A stretch of 32,000 nucleotides of DNA from the NCBI GenBank assembly GCA_964369315.1, contig CAYJEJ010000002.1, forward strand, positions 102,184 to 134,183, in the 5' to 3' direction. The notes below the pieces were generated by a model that saw only the letters and a program-made list of their open reading frames with translations, was not told the DNA's origin and searched no databases. The stretch's first letter is position 1, and every line of letters starts with the position of its first letter. This stretch comes from an uncultured Alphaproteobacteria bacterium (lineage in GTDB: Bacteria; Pseudomonadota; Alphaproteobacteria; UBA3830; JAIRWN01). The translations under genes were made by a program, and so were the position numbers. This document shows, piece after piece, positions 28,066 to 32,000 of this stretch.

Positions 28066-28584
28066 TTATTCAATAACAATTAATGGCTCATCAAATTCAA
28101 CGGGTTGGCGGTCTTGTACTAAAATCTTTTTAACCACGCCGTTTTTAGGTGATTTAATTAGGTTCATCACCTTCATAGCCTCTATGACCAATAAAGTCTG
28201 CCCATCTTTAACCTCGTCGCCGACCTTTACAAAAGGTTGTTCATCTGGTGAAGGTGCGACATATACAACTCCGACCATCGGGGATTTTATGGCTTCAAAC
28301 TGCTCTTCTTCACATGGGTTTTGTTCACCTAAGTCTTTTTCAGGTTTTTGTGCGGTTCGACTTTCCTCATGAATTGTTGGCGAGGTTGAACATGCTGACG
28401 GTTGTGGAATCGCAAATTGTGCTGCATGAGTAGGGGATACAATGGTGTTTGTCACGGTCGCGGACTTAGCAACCCTGATTCTAAGCGAATCTAGTTGATA
28501 TTCAATTTCAGTTACCCCTGTTTCTTTAAGTAGCAGGGCTAAAGACCTAACAGATTCGGCGTCTATATGATTTTTTTTATCCAT
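28066..28584 (-). CDS. accB: Acetyl-CoA carboxylase biotin carboxyl carrier protein
   Basis: The C-terminal biotinyl domain carries the EAMKVMN biotinylation motif, preceded by a flexible linker. Confidence 0.9.
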   Translation of the reverse strand: MDKKNHIDAESVRSLALLLKETGVTEIEYQLDSLRIRVAKSATVTNTIVSPTHAAQFAIPQPSACSTSPTIHEESRTAQKPEKDLGEQNPCEEEQFEAIKSPMVGVVYVAPSPDEQPFVKVGDEVKDGQTLLVIEAMKVMNLIKSPKNGVVKKILVQDRQPVEFDEPLIVIE

Positions 28585-28663
28585 TTTTATTAATATGACC
28601 TAATTTTCTCACCGATTATACACAAAACTGTTCGATTTAACAATAAACGCTTAATGACTAAAT

Positions 28664-31318
28664 TTAGCAATCAACATAATATTGTTCTAATAAGTTAAAC
28701 CAGACTGTTTTTACGCGTGTTTCACGACCAGTGACATAGAGGTTATCCTGAGCTCTTGAGAGGGCGACATATAAGAGCCTTTGTTTTTCTTGCTTTTGTT
28801 CTTCTTTAAAGGTTTCAATGCCTGCACATACGTTATTAGGTGTTTTGATTTGCGGTGGAAAAAATATTGGCAAAATGTTGGTGTAAGATTCGTCCGAATT
28901 TATCCAAGTTGGGGGAAGTTCGTTTTTACCTTGTCCATTTATGTCTGCAATAATGACAAATGGTGCCTGTAAACCTTTAGAACGATGTACGGTCATAACC
29001 TGTATTTTCTCATTTTGTTTAAATTCACGTTTAATGTTTGATGAATGCTTTTTAAACCAAGGGATAAATCCAGAAATAGTTAATAATCCAGCCCGTTCAT
29101 AAACGAAGACATGTTCCATAAATTCGTTTAATATATCTTGAAAACCTTCACCAAAATGGCTATGAAATTTTTTTCTTAATGCGAATTTTGGGTTGTCTAA
29201 TAGTTGAGAAAAAAACATATACGGAGAAAGCCCGTTCCCAAGCGTTAACCATTCGGACAGTAATGAATAAATATCTTGTGTTTCTGTGTCAGATTTTAGT
29301 TGCTCAAAAATAAAACTAGGGCGATGAATACATATTCGGCTGAGTTCTTTATCGTCAATTCCCACAATTGAAGATTTCAGCAAGCACGCCAAGTTCATAT
29401 CATCATAAGGGTTGGTGACAAATTTTGCTAGACTAATTAGGTCTTCCACTAAGATTTCATCTATTAAAGAAATTCTGTCTGCTCCATCGACGGGGAGGTC
29501 AGCTTTTTTTAAGGCATTTATGATAGGGGTCATTAATTTGCCTCGTTGTTGTAATAAAATCAAAAAATCTTTTGGGGTCGCCGGCCGTTTTTTTGACGGA
29601 ACAAATGTTTTTGTATCAATAATTTGTTTGATATTACTCGCTATTTTTGTTGCCAAATTTATGATTTGGTCGTCCTCGTGCTCAGAAGGTTGTTCAAAAG
29701 GGTTTGAAGAGGTTTCTTGGTTTGTGAGTTGAGGCTTTTTTTCCAAGGACCAAAACTCAACTTTCCCAACTTCTTTTAATCGGAAAGGGATATGTTTTGT
29801 AGGAATTTTACCAACGCCAGATGTCTGCGTCGGGTCTTTAAAAATGTCATCTATGAAAGATAATATAGCAGGCGTTGACCTGAATGAAACATTTAATGGG
29901 ATTTCATGCCACCTAGGGTTGTGAATTTTTGCTTCAGACTGAAGGTGGTTTTTGTTTGCAAGAAAAGATTTCAAATCTGCACCTTGAAAACCATAAATAG
30001 CTTGTTTTTGGTCGCCCACTACAAACAGTGTTTTAGGTTGCCCCGTCTGGTTGGAGAAATAATCGTCACTGCAAATGGTTCTTAAAATCTCCCATTGTAT
30101 GGGGCTGGTGTCTTGAGCTTCGTCTAGAAGGACATGATTGAGGGACTCGTTGATTTTATACCTTATCCAGTGATTGTTTTTTAATAAAAGCAAGGTTTTG
30201 AAGATTAAATCATCATAATCTAATCGTTCATTTTTTAGGGATTGACATTGTGTGTAAATATCTTTTAAAGCCAAGGATAATGCTAGGTTACTTAGGGCGA
30301 ATTTTTGTGTGGATTGCTGGTTAAACAAGGAGAAAATTTCTTTTGCGATTTCGTCAATATTGTCGCAATGAGCGGGGAATAATTTTTTCAACTTTGCAGG
30401 GTATAATGTTTGTCGCAAACCCCCATCTTTTGTCAGAAAAATATTAAAAATATCATTATCTTCAATGTTTTGATAATCTTCTTGAAGATTGGAAAAACAA
30501 TAAAGTATTTTTGATGATAATAAACTGTCGTCTTGGGTTAATTTGGAACTAATGTCGGAATAGATGTTAAAAATATTCTCTTTTATAGAAAGTGGGATAA
30601 CAATTTTGTTATTGGATAATATTTGCTCTATGTTTATGTCGTTTAAGTCAATATTAAGCTGGAATAATTTTGAATAACTGTCCGCTAGATTTTCTGGTGT
30701 GTTGGCACAAAGAGAATTTAAATATAACCTGTCGTTTATTAATTTTTTTATTATTAAGAGCAGTCCTTCGTCACTTTTAAATAAGCTTAAAATCTCGAAC
30801 GCTTTGAATAGGTAAGGGGTGTTTTTACTAAGAGAGATAGATTTTTTCAAGGATTTTTCCAAAATTTCATCTGTTTCGGATTCGCTTAAGATGTTTAATG
30901 GCACAGAAACATCAGCTTCGAAAGAGAACGTTTCTAATAGGTTTTGACAAAAACCATGGATGGTTTGAACCCTTAATTTTTGATTAGTATCTAGAATTTT
31001 ATTGAATAAATTTTTTGCATAAATTACTTGTTCATTTGTTGTGTGTTCGAACATTTCTTGAAGTTGGGAACGGACTTGTTCAAAATCAGCATTTTTCCAA
31101 GAAAGCAATTTGTCCTTAATTCTGCTCAGCATTTCTGAAGCAGCAGAGTTTGTGAATGTAATGCATAATATTTTATCTATTGGCACATTATTGACTAATA
31201 AAGCTAGAATTCTATCTACTAAAACTTTAGTTTTGCCTGTTCCTGCGGACGCTTCTATCCAAATGTTTGCTGTGATATCGCAAATTTTCTTTATTTTGAG
31301 TTTTTCTTTGTCGTCCAT
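28664..31318 (-). CDS. addA: AddA-like UvrD/Rep-family helicase that ends right after the helicase core (no C-terminal nuclease domain)
   Basis: Walker A EASAGTGKT, ILCITFTNSAASEM, motif II LLDEAQDTSP, VVGDQKQAIYGFQGAD, SFRSTPAIL, MTVHRSKGLQAPFVII and LLYVALSRAQDNLYVTG are present. Only about 20 residues follow the last helicase motif. The start overlaps the upstream addB-like gene. Confidence 0.7.
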   Translation of the reverse strand: MDDKEKLKIKKICDITANIWIEASAGTGKTKVLVDRILALLVNNVPIDKILCITFTNSAASEMLSRIKDKLLSWKNADFEQVRSQLQEMFEHTTNEQVIYAKNLFNKILDTNQKLRVQTIHGFCQNLLETFSFEADVSVPLNILSESETDEILEKSLKKSISLSKNTPYLFKAFEILSLFKSDEGLLLIIKKLINDRLYLNSLCANTPENLADSYSKLFQLNIDLNDINIEQILSNNKIVIPLSIKENIFNIYSDISSKLTQDDSLLSSKILYCFSNLQEDYQNIEDNDIFNIFLTKDGGLRQTLYPAKLKKLFPAHCDNIDEIAKEIFSLFNQQSTQKFALSNLALSLALKDIYTQCQSLKNERLDYDDLIFKTLLLLKNNHWIRYKINESLNHVLLDEAQDTSPIQWEILRTICSDDYFSNQTGQPKTLFVVGDQKQAIYGFQGADLKSFLANKNHLQSEAKIHNPRWHEIPLNVSFRSTPAILSFIDDIFKDPTQTSGVGKIPTKHIPFRLKEVGKVEFWSLEKKPQLTNQETSSNPFEQPSEHEDDQIINLATKIASNIKQIIDTKTFVPSKKRPATPKDFLILLQQRGKLMTPIINALKKADLPVDGADRISLIDEILVEDLISLAKFVTNPYDDMNLACLLKSSIVGIDDKELSRICIHRPSFIFEQLKSDTETQDIYSLLSEWLTLGNGLSPYMFFSQLLDNPKFALRKKFHSHFGEGFQDILNEFMEHVFVYERAGLLTISGFIPWFKKHSSNIKREFKQNEKIQVMTVHRSKGLQAPFVIIADINGQGKNELPPTWINSDESYTNILPIFFPPQIKTPNNVCAGIETFKEEQKQEKQRLLYVALSRAQDNLYVTGRETRVKTVWFNLLEQYYVDC

Positions 31319-32000
31319 TCTTTTTCTCTTGAAAGGTGCTTGTACTCTGGGGTTACACAGGTTCCAGCTGATAAGGGGGTATTGGTGATTTCATGCAATG
31401 CATGTTTAATGTTGAGAATGATTTCGTTTTTCTTTTGTAAGATAAAGGAAAGTGGAACATTGACTGTTTGTATGTTCTCAAATCCACCATTGAAATTTAA
31501 AAATTGAAAATTTATTTTGTTGAGTTGGTAATCTGGGGTAATTTTATTCAATGTCATAATAACTTTTAAATTGGTTTTTAAATCATATCCAAGTTTAATG
31601 TTGTTTATTTTAGTGATAGGTTTAAGAGAGTATTGCTTAATTTCTAGGTTTTCACTATGTTTAAGAATGTTTAACTCATCAATAGTGGTGTTGATTTTTA
31701 ATTGTTTATTGCACCCTAAGTCTAAAATTATATTTGTTTTTATTTGTTTTAATGCAATATTTTGATTAGAATGGGTTTTTTTATTTATTTCATTCAATAT
31801 TCTTTTTTCTCGAAATGACCACAAGCTGTTTTCTGATGAAATATTTTTTGCTTTTAAATTATATAGCCGATTAATATTAGCTTCACCGTAAAGCTCATAG
31901 AGAGATGTCAGCTTGAGTGAATGTTTTGCCCATAATTCATAAGAATTGGAGTAAATCTTGCAAAAATCATTTAAGGATAATTCATTGATTGTCTCACCTA
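31291..32000 (-). CDS. addB: AddB-like protein, C-terminal part (gene continues beyond the window edge)
   Basis: My hand translation shows the frame stays open from 31824 to 32000 (...GETINELSLNDFCKIYSNSYELWAKHSLKLTSL...). That segment resembles the start of the alpha-type AddB C-terminal domain. It lies immediately upstream of and overlaps addA. It is very divergent and Asn/Lys/Ile-rich. Confidence 0.5.
   Translation of the reverse strand, partial: GETINELSLNDFCKIYSNSYELWAKHSLKLTSLYELYGEANINRLYNLKAKNISSENSLWSFREKRILNEINKKTHSNQNIALKQIKTNIILDLGCNKQLKINTTIDELNILKHSENLEIKQYSLKPITKINNIKLGYDLKTNLKVIMTLNKITPDYQLNKINFQFLNFNGGFENIQTVNVPLSFILQKKNEIILNIKHALHEITNTPLSAGTCVTPEYKHLSREKEWTTKKNSK

Noticed and set aside
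1-32000. Many genes use non-ATG starts (GTG for surA, rsmA and lpxB; TTG for ftsH, glmM, lpxI and the GDPD gene), which might be an unusual feature.
   Set aside because: The fraction is within the range seen in ordinary bacterial genomes, and several of these starts are uncertain by a few codons.
1-32000. I looked for CRISPR arrays, tandem repeats, rRNA, tmRNA, SRP RNA and riboswitch-like conserved cores.
   Set aside because: I saw no regularly spaced repeats and no recognisable conserved RNA cores by eye. A covariance-model scan would be needed to exclude small RNAs.

Overview
The window looks like a gene-dense, AT-rich core chromosome segment from an alphaproteobacterium with a reduced genome, possibly a Rickettsiales- or Holosporales-like intracellular symbiont. 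That placement is inferred from gene content: lpxI rather than lpxH, alpha-type addAB, many overlapping genes and very AT-rich spacers. About 35 genes are supported. On the + strand: surA-like, rsmA/ksgA, ftsZ, ftsH, glmM, gap, engB, dapD, an MHS-type MFS transporter, lpxI, lpxB, a GDPD-family esterase, then tRNA-Trp-secE-nusG-rplK-rplA-rplJ-rplL. On the - strand: an orphan secreted protein, a MarR-like regulator, a small RNase D-like exonuclease preceded by tRNA-Leu(CAG), then addB(partial)-addA-accB-accC-TPR protein-lysS. I saw no rRNA, CRISPR array, transposase, integrase or phage genes, and no clear-cut new multi-gene system. The best candidates for follow-up are three. First, a four-gene accessory block (GT2::GtrA fusion, a large GT-C-like membrane protein, dps, an orphan membrane protein) sits where rpoBC normally follows rplL. 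Second, the GT2::GtrA plus GT-C pair looks like a periplasmic polyprenyl-phosphate-sugar glycosylation module with an unknown target. Third, the AddAB pair appears to have lost its nuclease modules. All family assignments come from motifs read by eye in the supplied translations; no searches were run.
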